Positions 9,608-18,823 of a DNA stretch of 64,000 nucleotides are shown here, one piece after another. Position 1 is the stretch's first letter, and the number at the start of each line of letters is the position of its first letter. Location of the stretch: assembly GCA_027021705.1 (NCBI GenBank), contig JALUTT010000012.1, positions 1 through 64,000 on the forward strand. Direction: 5' to 3'. The translations under genes and the position numbers were made by a program. Source of the DNA: Anaerolineae bacterium (GTDB lineage Bacteria > Chloroflexota > Anaerolineae > S140-20). The notes beneath the pieces were generated by a model. The model did not search any database. It saw only the letters and a program-made list of their open reading frames with translations, and was not told where the DNA came from.

Positions 9608-10665
9608 TGACCCAGTTGGCCCTCTTTCCCAACCTGGTCGCCCGGTTTCCCTCCACCCGCTATCAGGGAAGCAAGGCCCGCCTGGCGGAATGGATATGGG
9701 AGCAGATTGCTTCCTTAGAGTTCACCACCTGCCTGGACGCCTTTGGCGGCACTGGCGCCGTGGCCTATCGGCTGAAGCAAGCTGGCAAGGCCGTGACGTA
9801 CAACGATCTGCTTCGCTTCAATTACTACATCGGCCTGGCCCTGATCGAGAACAGCCACGTGCGCCTCTCGCCTGGGGAGGTGGAGTGGCTGCTAACCCGA
9901 CACCCCGACATTCGCTATCCCCACTTCGTTCAGGAGACCTTCGCCGACATCTACTTCACCGACGAGGAGAACGCCTGGATTGACCAGACGATCACCAACA
10001 TCCGCCGGCTGGAGGACCCTTACAAGTTCGCCTTGGCCTTCTTTGCCCTGGCTCAGGCCTGCATCGTCAAGCGCCCCTTCAACCTCTTTCATCGCAAGAA
10101 CCTCTACCTGCGTTTCGCCGAGGTGGAGCGCTCGTTTGGGAACAAGGCCAGTTGGGATCGGCCCTTCGAGGCGTGGTTCCGGGCTTTCGTCGAGGAGGCC
10201 AACCAGGCTGTCTTCGACAACGGTCAGCCCAATCGGGCGTTGAACTTTGACGCCCTCCAGGTTCCAGGACAGTACGATTTGGTCTACATAGACCCGCCTT
10301 ATCTCTCTCGGAAGGGGGTAGGGGTGGACTACTACGCTTTCTACCATTTCCTTGAAGGGCTCACCTTTTACGACCAGTGGGGTGAGGAGATAGACTACCA
10401 CTCCAAGCATCGGCGGCTGAAACCTCGCCCTTCTCCCTGGACGAATCGGAAAGCCATCTACGGGGCTTTCGACCGTCTCTTTCGCCGCTTCCGCGAGAGC
10501 ATCTTAGTGGTCTCGTATCGGAGCGATGGCATCCCCTCAGAGTCCGAACTGGTCTCGATGCTGCGTCGGTACAAACGAGAGGTGCGCGTAGAGCGCTTCG
10601 GGCGGTACAAGTACGTGCTCTCCACCAACGCCAAGTCCCAGGAAATCCTCCTCATGGGGATGTAG
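9607..10665 (+). CDS. N6-adenine DNA methyltransferase (D12 class) of a type II R-M system
   Basis: RYQGSK, DAFGGTGAV and YIDPPY motifs; ATG 9607 overlaps the upstream TAA. Confidence 0.92.
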   Translation: MTQLALFPNLVARFPSTRYQGSKARLAEWIWEQIASLEFTTCLDAFGGTGAVAYRLKQAGKAVTYNDLLRFNYYIGLALIENSHVRLSPGEVEWLLTRHPDIRYPHFVQETFADIYFTDEENAWIDQTITNIRRLEDPYKFALAFFALAQACIVKRPFNLFHRKNLYLRFAEVERSFGNKASWDRPFEAWFRAFVEEANQAVFDNGQPNRALNFDALQVPGQYDLVYIDPPYLSRKGVGVDYYAFYHFLEGLTFYDQWGEEIDYHSKHRRLKPRPSPWTNRKAIYGAFDRLFRRFRESILVVSYRSDGIPSESELVSMLRRYKREVRVERFGRYKYVLSTNAKSQEILLMGM

Positions 10666-10667
10666 CG

Positions 10668-11504
10668 ATGACCGTTGCCGAGAAATTCCGTGGGGAAATA
10701 ACGGACTACTTTCAGGAGTTCCAACGTCGGCTGACCACAGATACCGGCGACTGGGTGGTCAAGGGGTTCATTGACGTCTATCGGAACATCTATACCATCT
10801 CGGTGGATACCAAGGTGGTCTCCAAAATCATCGAGTTGATGCTCTTTCCTGTGATCTCCCGGTTTGCCCTGGAACACGGTTATCGGATGGTGCTGAGCAA
10901 ACATCAGACTTACTATCCTGACATCAGCCTGATCGCTTCGGATGGCACCAAGATCGCCCTGGACCTGAAGACGACCTACCGTACCGGCGTCAACACCGTA
11001 AGCGGTTTTACCCTCGGCGCATTCACCGGTTATTTCCGGCAACGGGATTCTACCAAGAACATCATGTTCCCCTACGCGGAATACGCTTGCCATTTCGTTC
11101 TGGGTATCATTTACAGCCGTCAGCAAGAGCTTATAGATGAGCGGCGTGTGTACTCGCTGGAGGAATTGCAGGACATCGTCTCTGTAATTCGTGACTTCAC
11201 CTTCCTGCTCCAGGAGAAGTGGCGTATCGCCAGCGACCGACCGGGAAGTGGAAATACTCGGAACATCGGCTCCGTCAAGCGCATTGACGCCCTAGTCTCA
11301 GGTGAAGGTCCTTTTGCACCCTACGGAGAGGCCGTGTTCGACGATTATTGGATGAACTATCTCACACCCGATATGGCCCGGGCGATTGACTCCGTAGTGC
11401 CTTATCGGAACCTGGAGGAGTATCTGGTTTGGCGACAAAGTGTGATGGGAGTACTGGGGGGCAACCAAGGTCAGGGTGCTTCCGAAGGGGAGGCAGACGG
11501 ATAG
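10668..11504 (+). CDS. EcoRV-family type II restriction endonuclease
   Basis: DTKVVS, YPD, ALDLKTTY (PD-DxK), FTLG and GSGNTRNIGS recognition loop, all matching EcoRV as recalled; visibly lower GC than the flanks. Confidence 0.9.
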   Translation: MTVAEKFRGEITDYFQEFQRRLTTDTGDWVVKGFIDVYRNIYTISVDTKVVSKIIELMLFPVISRFALEHGYRMVLSKHQTYYPDISLIASDGTKIALDLKTTYRTGVNTVSGFTLGAFTGYFRQRDSTKNIMFPYAEYACHFVLGIIYSRQQELIDERRVYSLEELQDIVSVIRDFTFLLQEKWRIASDRPGSGNTRNIGSVKRIDALVSGEGPFAPYGEAVFDDYWMNYLTPDMARAIDSVVPYRNLEEYLVWRQSVMGVLGGNQGQGASEGEADG

Positions 11505-11656
11505 CTCTTGTGGCGGGCCTGTGGCAATCGTTGCACCAGTTGTTCCTCTCGTCCACAACCTCGCAGAGCGCGGATGGGGTCGGTAGGCACAGGGATGATT
11601 TTGATAGCCTCGCCATCATCCAGCCAAATCAGGTGATCGCCCTCGGCGATGTGATA
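11505..11656 (-). pseudogene. AbrB/MazE/SpoVT-family antitoxin remnant lacking its N-terminus
   Basis: Translates as YHIAEGDHLIWLDDGEAIKIIPVPTDPIRALRGCGREEQLVQRL; in-frame TGA just upstream and no start codon. Confidence 0.7.
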
Positions 11657-11759
11657 AGGTGCTTCGTCTGCCTCTCAGCACCGCCCCGCCAGGCCCCGGA
11701 AAATCTCGCCGGCAAAGGCTGTTTTTCGCGCTTCCGCGTCTGATTGCGCAAATGTTACG

Positions 11760-12140
11760 TTAGGTGGTGTCGTCTTTTTCCCATTTGGTCACGCGATGTC
11801 GGATGCGCACAGCTCCTGGAGTAATCACCGTGAATGCCTGTTCCATCTCGCCGCCGTGCGCGGCCAAGGCGGAGGCCACGATCTCCGCCTTGCGGGCCGA
11901 GGAGATGCCGGCCAACCGAATGAGAATGACCCCTCTTGTCATCCGTCCTTGGCGAAACACCAGTTCACCAAAGTCCTTGTCCGCCGTGAGCAATATAGCC
12001 CTTTCCCGATTCGCCAGGTCCAGGACGACATCGTCAGAAATCCCTGGCTCCATTTCGGCAACATACCATACCTGATGGCCGCTTTGGCGCAGCCGTTCCA
12101 CGATGGGACGATCTACACCTTCATCGGCCAAGACCTTCAC
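11760..12140 (-). CDS. DUF5615 PIN-like toxin
   Basis: MKVLADEGV, GISDDVVL, ILLTADKDFGEL, GVILIRL motifs; coupled to the DUF433 gene. Confidence 0.9.
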   Translation of the reverse strand: MKVLADEGVDRPIVERLRQSGHQVWYVAEMEPGISDDVVLDLANRERAILLTADKDFGELVFRQGRMTRGVILIRLAGISSARKAEIVASALAAHGGEMEQAFTVITPGAVRIRHRVTKWEKDDTT

Positions 12141-12376
12141 GCCGGCACCTCTACGGGATACACTACGTCGGCTCGCAATGCCTCGGCTGCAAAGGCCAGT
12201 GCCGCTTGAATCGCCTCCCGTGTCAGCCGGGGATGTGCTTCCAGCAGATCGTCTACCGTCTCACCGGCGGCCAGCTTTTCTAGAATGAGTTCCACCGTGA
12301 TCCGGGTTCCGACGATCACCGGTTTGCCCATCATCACCGAGGGATTCGAGACAATCCATTCCCTCCACGTTTCCAT
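12137..12376 (-). CDS. DUF433 antitoxin
   Basis: NPSVMMGKPVIVGTRITVELIL...LLEAHPRLT...AALAFAA; AGGAG RBS. Confidence 0.92.
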   Translation of the reverse strand: METWREWIVSNPSVMMGKPVIVGTRITVELILEKLAAGETVDDLLEAHPRLTREAIQAALAFAAEALRADVVYPVEVPA

Positions 12377-12565
12377 CGCTTGACTCCTTGTTCGCCAGGA
12401 AGATAACCGCCTAACGGCCTCGAACTCAGCCGCTGCGACCGAGGCGAGCAGAGCAAGCCAAGGGAGAGGTTCGCATAGGGCTTCTTCCCGGAAATCCGAC
12501 ATCTCCACCCGCAGTATTTTACAAGACCTTTCCAGAAAGCACAAGCAAGAGAAGTAAGGAGGCAT

Positions 12566-14638
12566 ATGGCGCGACGCAATGTCTACCTCAAGGACATCCC
12601 CCTGGAAGAGGCCTGGCGTCGCTTCGAGGAGGCGCTGGCTCAGGCCGGCCTGGACCGGCCCTTCTCCGGCGAGGAGGTGCCCCTGCCCGAGGCACTGGGC
12701 CGGGTGACGGCGGCGCCTGTCTGGGCCCGCATCTCCTCCCCCCACTTCCACGCCGCCGCGATGGACGGCTACGCGCTCCGGGCCCGCGATACGGCCGGGG
12801 CCACGGAGACGCGCCCCGTCCGCCTGGCCCTGGTCTCCCCCGACGATGCGCCCCAGGAAGCGCCCGCCCGGTCACCCGACCATCCAACTCCTTCATCCCT
12901 TCCCCCGGCCCAGCCCGTCAACACCGGCCAGCCCCTCCCCCCCTGGGCCGACGCCGTGGTGATGATCGAGCACGTCCAGCACCTGGACGCCCAGGGCGAG
13001 CCGCTGACCAGCGACGAAGGGGCCGCCTTCATCGAGATCAGGGCTGCCGTTGCCCCCTGGCAGCACGTCCGGCCTGTGGGCGAGGACATGGTCGTCACCG
13101 AACTGGTGCTACCGGCCAACCACCGGTTGCGCCCTGTGGACCTGGGGGCCATCGCCGGCTGTGGCCACACCACCGTCCTCGTGCGACGGAAACCCCGCGT
13201 CGCCATCATCCCCACGGGCAACGAACTGGTCCCTGCCGGAACGGAGCCTCGGCCCGGCCAGGTGATCGAGTACAACAGCCTGGTCCTGGCCGCTCAAGTG
13301 ACCGAGTGGGGGGGTGAGGCAACCCGCTGGCCCATCGTTCCCGACGACGAGGCCGTGATCCGTCGGGCCGTGCTGGAAGCGGCCCGGGACCACGACCTGG
13401 TGCTGGTCAACGCCGGCTCCTCGGCCGGCAGCCGGGACTACACCGCCCGCGTCGTCGCCTCCCTGGGACAGCTCCTCGTCCACGGCATCGCCGTCCGGCC
13501 CGGCCACCCCGTCATCCTGGGGACCATCGCCCTGCCGGAGGAGGACACGGAGCCTGCCCGCACCGTTCCGATCATCGGGGTGCCGGGCTATCCCGCCTCG
13601 GCTGCGCTGACCGGCGAGATCTTCGTCCAGCCCCTCCTGGCCCGCTGGCTGGGGCAGCCGCCGCCCCGCAAGCCCTCCCTCCAGGCCACCATCACCCGCA
13701 AGGTCCTCTCGCCGATGGGGGACGAGGAGTACCTGCGGGTGGCCGTGGGACGGGTGGGGGATCGGGTCGTCGCTGCCCCCCTGGCGCGAGGGGCCGGCGT
13801 CATCACCTCCCTCGTCCGGGCCGACGGCATCGTCCGCATCCCCCGCTTCTCCGAGGGGCTGAACGCCGGCGACCCGGTGACGGTGGAGCTCTACGTCCCG
13901 CCCGACACCGTGGAGCGGACCATCGTCGCCATCGGCAGCCACGACCTGTCCCTGGACCTGCTGGCCCAGCACCTGGCGGAGCGGTCGCCGGGCCTCCGCC
14001 TCTCCAGCGCCAACGCCGGTAGCCTGGGAGGGCTCATCGCCCTGCGCCGGGGGGAGTGCCACCTGGCCGGCTCCCACCTGCTGGACCCGGAGAGCGGCGA
14101 GTACAACTGGCCCTACGTCCGGCGCTACCTCCCCGACCTGCCCGTCGTCCTCGTCACCCTGGTGCGGCGGGAGCAGGGGCTGATCGTCGCGCCGGGCAAC
14201 CCCCTGGGGATCACCGGCCTGGCCGACCTGGCCCGCCCCGAGGTCCGCTTCGTCAACCGGCAGCGGGGGGCCGGCACCCGGGTGCTGCTGGACTACCACC
14301 TGGAGCGGCTGGGGATCGCGCCGGAGCAGGTGCGGGGCTACCGGCGGGAAGAGATCACCCACCTGGCCGTCGCCGTCGCCGTCGCCAGCGGTGTCGCCGA
14401 CTGCGGCCTGGGCATCCGGGCCGCCGCCCAGGCCCTGGGGCTGGACTTCGTGCCGGTAGCCTGGGAGCGGTACGACCTGGTGATCCCCCGGACCTTCTAC
14501 GAGGAGGCCAGGGCGGGCGGGTTGCTGGCCCCGCTCCTGGACCTGCTCCACGACGACCGCTTCCGGCAGGCCATCGCCGCCCTCCCCGGCTACGACCCCA
14601 CGCCGATGGGGGAGGAGCCGACGGCGCAGGCCGGATAG
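12566..14638 (+). CDS. moeA: MoeA fused to a C-terminal periplasmic-binding-protein (molybdate-binding-like) domain
   Basis: AMDGYA, TGNE and GVPGYP, followed by IGSHD, GSLGGL, NRQRGAGTR and WERYDL. Confidence 0.9.
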   Translation: MARRNVYLKDIPLEEAWRRFEEALAQAGLDRPFSGEEVPLPEALGRVTAAPVWARISSPHFHAAAMDGYALRARDTAGATETRPVRLALVSPDDAPQEAPARSPDHPTPSSLPPAQPVNTGQPLPPWADAVVMIEHVQHLDAQGEPLTSDEGAAFIEIRAAVAPWQHVRPVGEDMVVTELVLPANHRLRPVDLGAIAGCGHTTVLVRRKPRVAIIPTGNELVPAGTEPRPGQVIEYNSLVLAAQVTEWGGEATRWPIVPDDEAVIRRAVLEAARDHDLVLVNAGSSAGSRDYTARVVASLGQLLVHGIAVRPGHPVILGTIALPEEDTEPARTVPIIGVPGYPASAALTGEIFVQPLLARWLGQPPPRKPSLQATITRKVLSPMGDEEYLRVAVGRVGDRVVAAPLARGAGVITSLVRADGIVRIPRFSEGLNAGDPVTVELYVPPDTVERTIVAIGSHDLSLDLLAQHLAERSPGLRLSSANAGSLGGLIALRRGECHLAGSHLLDPESGEYNWPYVRRYLPDLPVVLVTLVRREQGLIVAPGNPLGITGLADLARPEVRFVNRQRGAGTRVLLDYHLERLGIAPEQVRGYRREEITHLAVAVAVASGVADCGLGIRAAAQALGLDFVPVAWERYDLVIPRTFYEEARAGGLLAPLLDLLHDDRFRQAIAALPGYDPTPMGEEPTAQAG

Positions 14639-14654
14639 CCGAAGGGAGGGGACG

Positions 14655-15572
14655 ATGCCTACGGCGGCAGCCTGGCTGATCCTGGGCCTCTACCTGGGCC
14701 ACGCGGTGCCCCCCTGGCTGGCCGCCCTCCGGCGGGCACGGCAGCGGGTAGGCGACGGGACGGCCCTGCTCTACCTGCTCCCCTACCTGGTGGCGGTGCG
14801 CTTCGCCCCCGCCATCGGAGACCTGGCGCGGTTCGGGCTCTACATCGCCCTGCCCGTCCTCCTACTGCGCTTCCTGCGGCGGGATAGGCCCCACTTGGGG
14901 TACCTGTTGGCAGCCCTGGCCCTCTGGCTCCCGCTGGAGCCGGACCTTTTCCTGCTCCCCTGGCGGTCGGCGGCCATCTCGCCGCTCCTCCAGGCGGTCG
15001 CCCTTCCCGACCTGTCGGTGCCCCTCGTCCCCGGCCTGGCGATCCCCCTGGAGAAGCTGACCGGGGTGGCGCTGGCCCTCTACCTCTTCACCGTGCAGGC
15101 CCCGCTCCCCTCGGTGGGCTTCACCTACCGCTTGGGGCGGGAGGAGCTGCGCAGCGCGATGATCGGTCTGGGAGCCTTCGCCCTGGTGGGCATCCCTGTG
15201 GGGCTGGCCTGGGGCTTCCTGCAGCCGGGCCTGAACTGGCCCGGCGTGGGGCCGACGGTGCTGGGGCTGCTGGGCGGCTACCTGCTGGTCGCCCTGCCCG
15301 AAGAGGTCCTCTTCCGGGGCGTCATCCAGAACGTGCTGGCCCACCGGCTCTCGGCCGGGCCGGCGCTGCCCCTGGCGGCCGTGATCTTCGGCTTGGCCCA
15401 CTTGAACAACGCGACCGCCGGCTTCCCGGTGCCCAACGGGGCCTACGCGGTGATGGCGACGCTGGCCGGCCTGGCCTACGGGTGGGTCTGGCAGCGCACG
15501 CGCAAGGTGACCGCCTCGGCGATCACCCACGCCCTGGTCAACGCGGTGTGGGCCCTGGCCTTCGGCGGGTGA
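14655..15572 (+). CDS. CPBP (Abi/CAAX) family intramembrane glutamic endopeptidase
   Basis: EEVLFRG, IFGLAH and THALVN motifs. Confidence 0.9.
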   Translation: MPTAAAWLILGLYLGHAVPPWLAALRRARQRVGDGTALLYLLPYLVAVRFAPAIGDLARFGLYIALPVLLLRFLRRDRPHLGYLLAALALWLPLEPDLFLLPWRSAAISPLLQAVALPDLSVPLVPGLAIPLEKLTGVALALYLFTVQAPLPSVGFTYRLGREELRSAMIGLGAFALVGIPVGLAWGFLQPGLNWPGVGPTVLGLLGGYLLVALPEEVLFRGVIQNVLAHRLSAGPALPLAAVIFGLAHLNNATAGFPVPNGAYAVMATLAGLAYGWVWQRTRKVTASAITHALVNAVWALAFGG

Positions 15573-15587
15573 ACCCGAGATGTAACG

Positions 15588-15633
15588 GTTCACCCTCCTG
15601 CAGGTTAAGACCGGTGACCTGCGGGAGAGTAGG
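15588..15633. repeat. MITE/REP-like element, copy 3 (ends only)
   Basis: GTTCACCCTCCTGCAGGTTA joined to GACCGGTGACCTGCGGGAGAGTA, i.e. both ends of the 50087-50190 copy with the middle missing. Confidence 0.8.
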
Positions 15634-15645
15634 AGGAGAAGGACG

Positions 15646-15963
15646 ATGAAAGAGTACATCCAGGTGATGACCACGACGGAGACGGAGGAGGAGGCCCGGC
15701 GGATCGCCCGGGCGCTGGTGGAGAGGCGGCTGGCCGGCTGCGTCCAGGTGCTCGGCCCCATCACCAGCACCTACTGGTGGGAGGGGGAGATCGAGACGGC
15801 CCAGGAGTGGCTCTGCCTCATCAAGAGCCGGCGGGACCTCTACCCCGAACTGGAGACCGCCATCCGCGAACTTCACACCTACGAAGTGCCGGAGATCCTG
15901 GCGCTGCCCGTGGTCGAGGGGGACCGGCGCTACCTGGAGTGGCTGGGAGGCGTGCTCCGATGA
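15646..15963 (+). CDS. cutA: Divalent-cation tolerance protein CutA
   Basis: [22 protein letters not shown] motifs. Confidence 0.95.
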   Translation: MKEYIQVMTTTETEEEARRIARALVERRLAGCVQVLGPITSTYWWEGEIETAQEWLCLIKSRRDLYPELETAIRELHTYEVPEILALPVVEGDRRYLEWLGGVLR

Positions 15964-16487
15964 GGCCCATTCCCGACTCCTACTGGGTGCGCCCTGGTCG
16001 GTTGCTGGCCGGCGAGTACCCCGGCGCGAAGGAGGAGACCCAGGCCCGCCGGAAGGTGCGGCGGATGTTGGAGGCCGGCGTGACCTTCTTCCTGGACCTC
16101 ACGGAGCCGGGCGAGCTGAAACCCTATCTCCCCTTCCTCCGGGAAGAAGCCCAGGCGATGGGTCTCTCGGTAGAGCATCGGCGGATGCCCATCCGGGACC
16201 TGGGGACGCCAAGCCCGGAGGAGATGGAGCGGATCCTGGACACCATAGACGAGGCCATCGAGGCGGGGCACATCGTCTACGTCCACTGCTGGGGCGGAAC
16301 GGGCCGAACGGGGACGGTGGTAGGGTGCTACCTGGTGCGGCACGGGATGAGCGGTGAGGAGGCGTTGGCAGAGATCGCCCGGCTGCGCCAAGGCACGCCC
16401 GACGGCTGGAAACGGTCGCCGGAGACCTGGCAGCAGCGCCAGATGGTGCTGCGTTGGTCGGAGGTAGAAGCTGGGAAGGAGAGGTGA
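15960..16487 (+). CDS. Dual-specificity/protein-tyrosine phosphatase
   Basis: [10 protein letters not shown] (CX5R), LAGEYP and SPETxQQ; ATGA overlap with cutA. Confidence 0.9.
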   Translation: MRPIPDSYWVRPGRLLAGEYPGAKEETQARRKVRRMLEAGVTFFLDLTEPGELKPYLPFLREEAQAMGLSVEHRRMPIRDLGTPSPEEMERILDTIDEAIEAGHIVYVHCWGGTGRTGTVVGCYLVRHGMSGEEALAEIARLRQGTPDGWKRSPETWQQRQMVLRWSEVEAGKER

Positions 16488-16766
16488 ATGATGACTCAGA
16501 CAACCGTGGGAGTCCGAGAGTTGCAAACCCACCTGAACCGTTACTTGCAGTTGGTCAAAGCAGGGGAAACCATCGTGATCACCGAGCAGGGAGAGCCCAT
16601 TGGGCTCCTCGTGCCGTCGCATCTTCCGTTGGAAGCCCGTATGCGGGCGCTGATCCAAACAGGACTGGTGGCCTGGAGTGGGCACAAGCTTACTCCTATC
16701 ACTCCTGTTGCCAAGGTTCGGGGTAGACGCACGGTGGCCGATCTGCTGCTGGAGGATCGAGGATGA
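16488..16766 (+). CDS. Phd/YefM (prevent-host-death) antitoxin, orphaned
   Basis: VGVRELQTHLNRYLQLVKAGETIVITEQGEPIGLLVP. Confidence 0.9.
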   Translation: MMTQTTVGVRELQTHLNRYLQLVKAGETIVITEQGEPIGLLVPSHLPLEARMRALIQTGLVAWSGHKLTPITPVAKVRGRRTVADLLLEDRG

Positions 16767-16769
16767 TTC

Positions 16770-17264
16770 GAGCTCCTGGCCGACAGCCGCCTCCAGAGCC
16801 GGGTGACGCACCCTCACCCGGAGTGTCTGGCCGGCAGCGCTTTCGTCAACGCGGCCATCTACCACCTGTTGCGGGGCGCCTCGCCGGCTCAGGCGGTGGC
16901 CCAGGCCCTGGACGATGCCGAGGTGCCGCCGCCTCTGCGGGCCGTGATCGAGGCCGCGCCGGCCCGTCGGCGGGAGGAACTGGTCAACAGCGGCTGGGTG
17001 CGCCACACCTTGGAGAGCGCCGTCTGGGGGCTGGTGACCACCGACAGCTTCGAGGAGGCCGTCGTCCAGGTGGTCAACCTGGGTCGGGATGCGGACACGG
17101 CGGGGGCGGTGGTGGGGGCGTTGGCAGGGGCGGCTTACGGGCTCAAGGCGATCCCGGCCCGCTGGCGCGAGGCGTTGCGGGGCGAATGGCCCCTGGGCAG
17201 CGGGCACCTCTGGCGAGAGGAAGACTTCATCGCCCTAGCAGATCGCCTGACAGAGAGCACCTGA
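16770..17264 (+). pseudogene. ADP-ribosylglycohydrolase (DraG-like), C-terminal half only
   Basis: SRVTH, SGWVRHTLE, VNLGRDADTAGAVVGALAGAAYG, IPARW; the N-terminal GDAxG and TDD motifs are absent. Confidence 0.85.
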
Positions 17265-17315
17265 GCTTATGCTGAGGAGACCGGCGTCAGCCGGAACACG
17301 GGAGCCTGAGCTACG

Positions 17316-17608
17316 GGGCCTAGCGGCCTAGCGGCGGACCGAGGGCTGAGGCACTGAGGGCCGAGGACCGAGCGTAGCGGCTTGCGGCGTAGCGACCTGG
17401 CGGCTTAGCGGCCTAGCGGCGGACTGAGGGCTGAGGCACTGAGGACCGAGGGCCGAGGGGCGATGGGCAGGGGGCAAGGGGCAAGGACCAAGGACCATCC
17501 GACCACCTGACCACGCGACCAAGCGACCACGTGACCACCCGACCAAGGGGAAGGACCGAGGACCGAGGACTGAGGACTGAGGACTAAGGACTGCGGACCA
17601 AGCGACCA
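17316..17608 (+). repeat. Mosaic intergenic short tandem repeats (GCCTAGCG, GAGGAC[CT], GGGCAAG, CGACCA[AC]G) with an internal duplication of about 40 bp
   Basis: Repeats directly visible; about 17325-17367 is nearly identical to about 17411-17452. Confidence 0.85.
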
Positions 17609-17625
17609 CAGACAAGGAGGCCACT

Positions 17626-18726
17626 ATGCCCCCCTGGACGCTGCTAACCGATCTCTTCAACACCCTCCGCGAGGTGGACCTCAACGCCATCCGGCGGGAG
17701 GCGGAGCAGCCGGTGCAGATCGCGCTGGTGGCCGCGCCGGGGCCGGCCCGGGAGGCCCTCCTCTCCCCTCCCGATGCCAGTCCGGGCCTCCCGCCGCCTG
17801 CGCCGGCCGTCGTTCTCTACGAGCCCACTCTCCCCGACCTGGCCGACCGGCTGGCCTCCGCCGACCTGATCCTCCTCCTCCCCCACAACGCCGAGGTGGC
17901 CGTCGCCGCCCTCCTGACGGAGTTGCTGAGCCGGCGATGGCCGGGACGACGCCGGCCTCCCCTCCTCGTCTGCGCCCCTCCGACGGCCGTGGGGGAGTGG
18001 CCGGCCGAGGTCACCCTCTTCTGCGACCTGGAGGAGCCCGAGGCCCTCTCCCGCCACTTGGCCCCGGCGATGCTGGCCCGTCTGGAGGGGAAGGCCCTGG
18101 CCGCTGCCCGTCGGCTCCCCCTCCTGCGGGAGCGGTACGCCCGCGACCTGATCGCCGAGGTGGCCGTCTCCAACGCCCTCTACGCCCTCTCCACCGGCCT
18201 GGCCGAAGTGGTCCCCATCCTCGACCTGCCCCTCAACGTGGCCGACGTCGTCGTGCTGACCAAGAACCAGGCGATGATGGCCTACCGGCTGGCCCTGGCG
18301 ATGGGGCTGGAGGCGGACTGGCGGCAGACGGTGCCCGACCTGGCCGCCGTCGTCGGTGGGGGGTTCCTCTGGCGGCAGGTAGCCCGCCAGCTCGTGGGCC
18401 TCATCCCCGTCTGGGGGCTGGTGCCCAAAGTGGCCGTCGCCTACGCCGGCACCTACGCCACCGGCCAGGCCATCTACCACTGGTGCGCCACCGGGCGGAA
18501 GCTGGAGACCGAGGAACTGAAGGCCCTATACCAGCAGGCGCTGGCCGAGGGGCGGAAGGTGGCCTCCCGCCTGATCGAGCAGGCGAAGCGGGAGGACCGA
18601 CTGCGCCTGCCCCGCCCGCGTCTGCGCCGGGGGCGGCGCTGCCCCTCCTGCGGCGAGCGCAATCCCCGCGACGCCCTCTTCTGCGCTTACTGCGGCACCT
18701 CGCTGGAGGGGAGGGCTTCCTCCTGA
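17626..18726 (+). CDS. DUF697/EcsC-like protein with C-terminal zinc ribbon
   Basis: DVVVLTKNQ, ARQLVGLIP, AYAGTYATG; terminal CPSCG..N...FCAYCG; AAGGAGG RBS. Confidence 0.7.
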   Translation: MPPWTLLTDLFNTLREVDLNAIRREAEQPVQIALVAAPGPAREALLSPPDASPGLPPPAPAVVLYEPTLPDLADRLASADLILLLPHNAEVAVAALLTELLSRRWPGRRRPPLLVCAPPTAVGEWPAEVTLFCDLEEPEALSRHLAPAMLARLEGKALAAARRLPLLRERYARDLIAEVAVSNALYALSTGLAEVVPILDLPLNVADVVVLTKNQAMMAYRLALAMGLEADWRQTVPDLAAVVGGGFLWRQVARQLVGLIPVWGLVPKVAVAYAGTYATGQAIYHWCATGRKLETEELKALYQQALAEGRKVASRLIEQAKREDRLRLPRPRLRRGRRCPSCGERNPRDALFCAYCGTSLEGRASS

Positions 18727-18823
18727 AAAACCCTAGGAGTGGCAGGGGCCGTTGTGCGGGAGGGGAATCTGTGCTATAGTTGGTCTATGTGAGCGATAGA
18801 CCTGGGGGTTGGAAGGGGGAAAT

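Larger units (their letters stand above)
11759..12475 (-). mobile_element. Putative solitary integron gene cassette carrying the TA pair, preceded by a half attC
   Basis: On the minus strand GCGGCTGAGTTCGAGGCC-GTTAGGC (GTTRRRY, 12415-12409) precedes the RBS/ATG, and the toxin stop lies within ACCTAAC (RYYYAAC, 11765-11759). Confidence 0.65.

Noticed and set aside
10668..11504. EcoRV-like enzyme as the cause of RTCGAY avoidance
   Set aside because: Its recognition loop resembles that of GATATC-specific EcoRV and the module looks recently acquired, whereas the avoidance runs through core genes.
12476..12565. Moco/Wco riboswitch upstream of moeA
   Set aside because: No recognisable conserved motif in this short A-rich region.
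16488..17264. Phd-ARH fusion by TGA readthrough or selenocysteine
   Set aside because: The frames coincide, but the hydrolase lacks its N-terminal catalytic motifs; a deletion explains it more simply.
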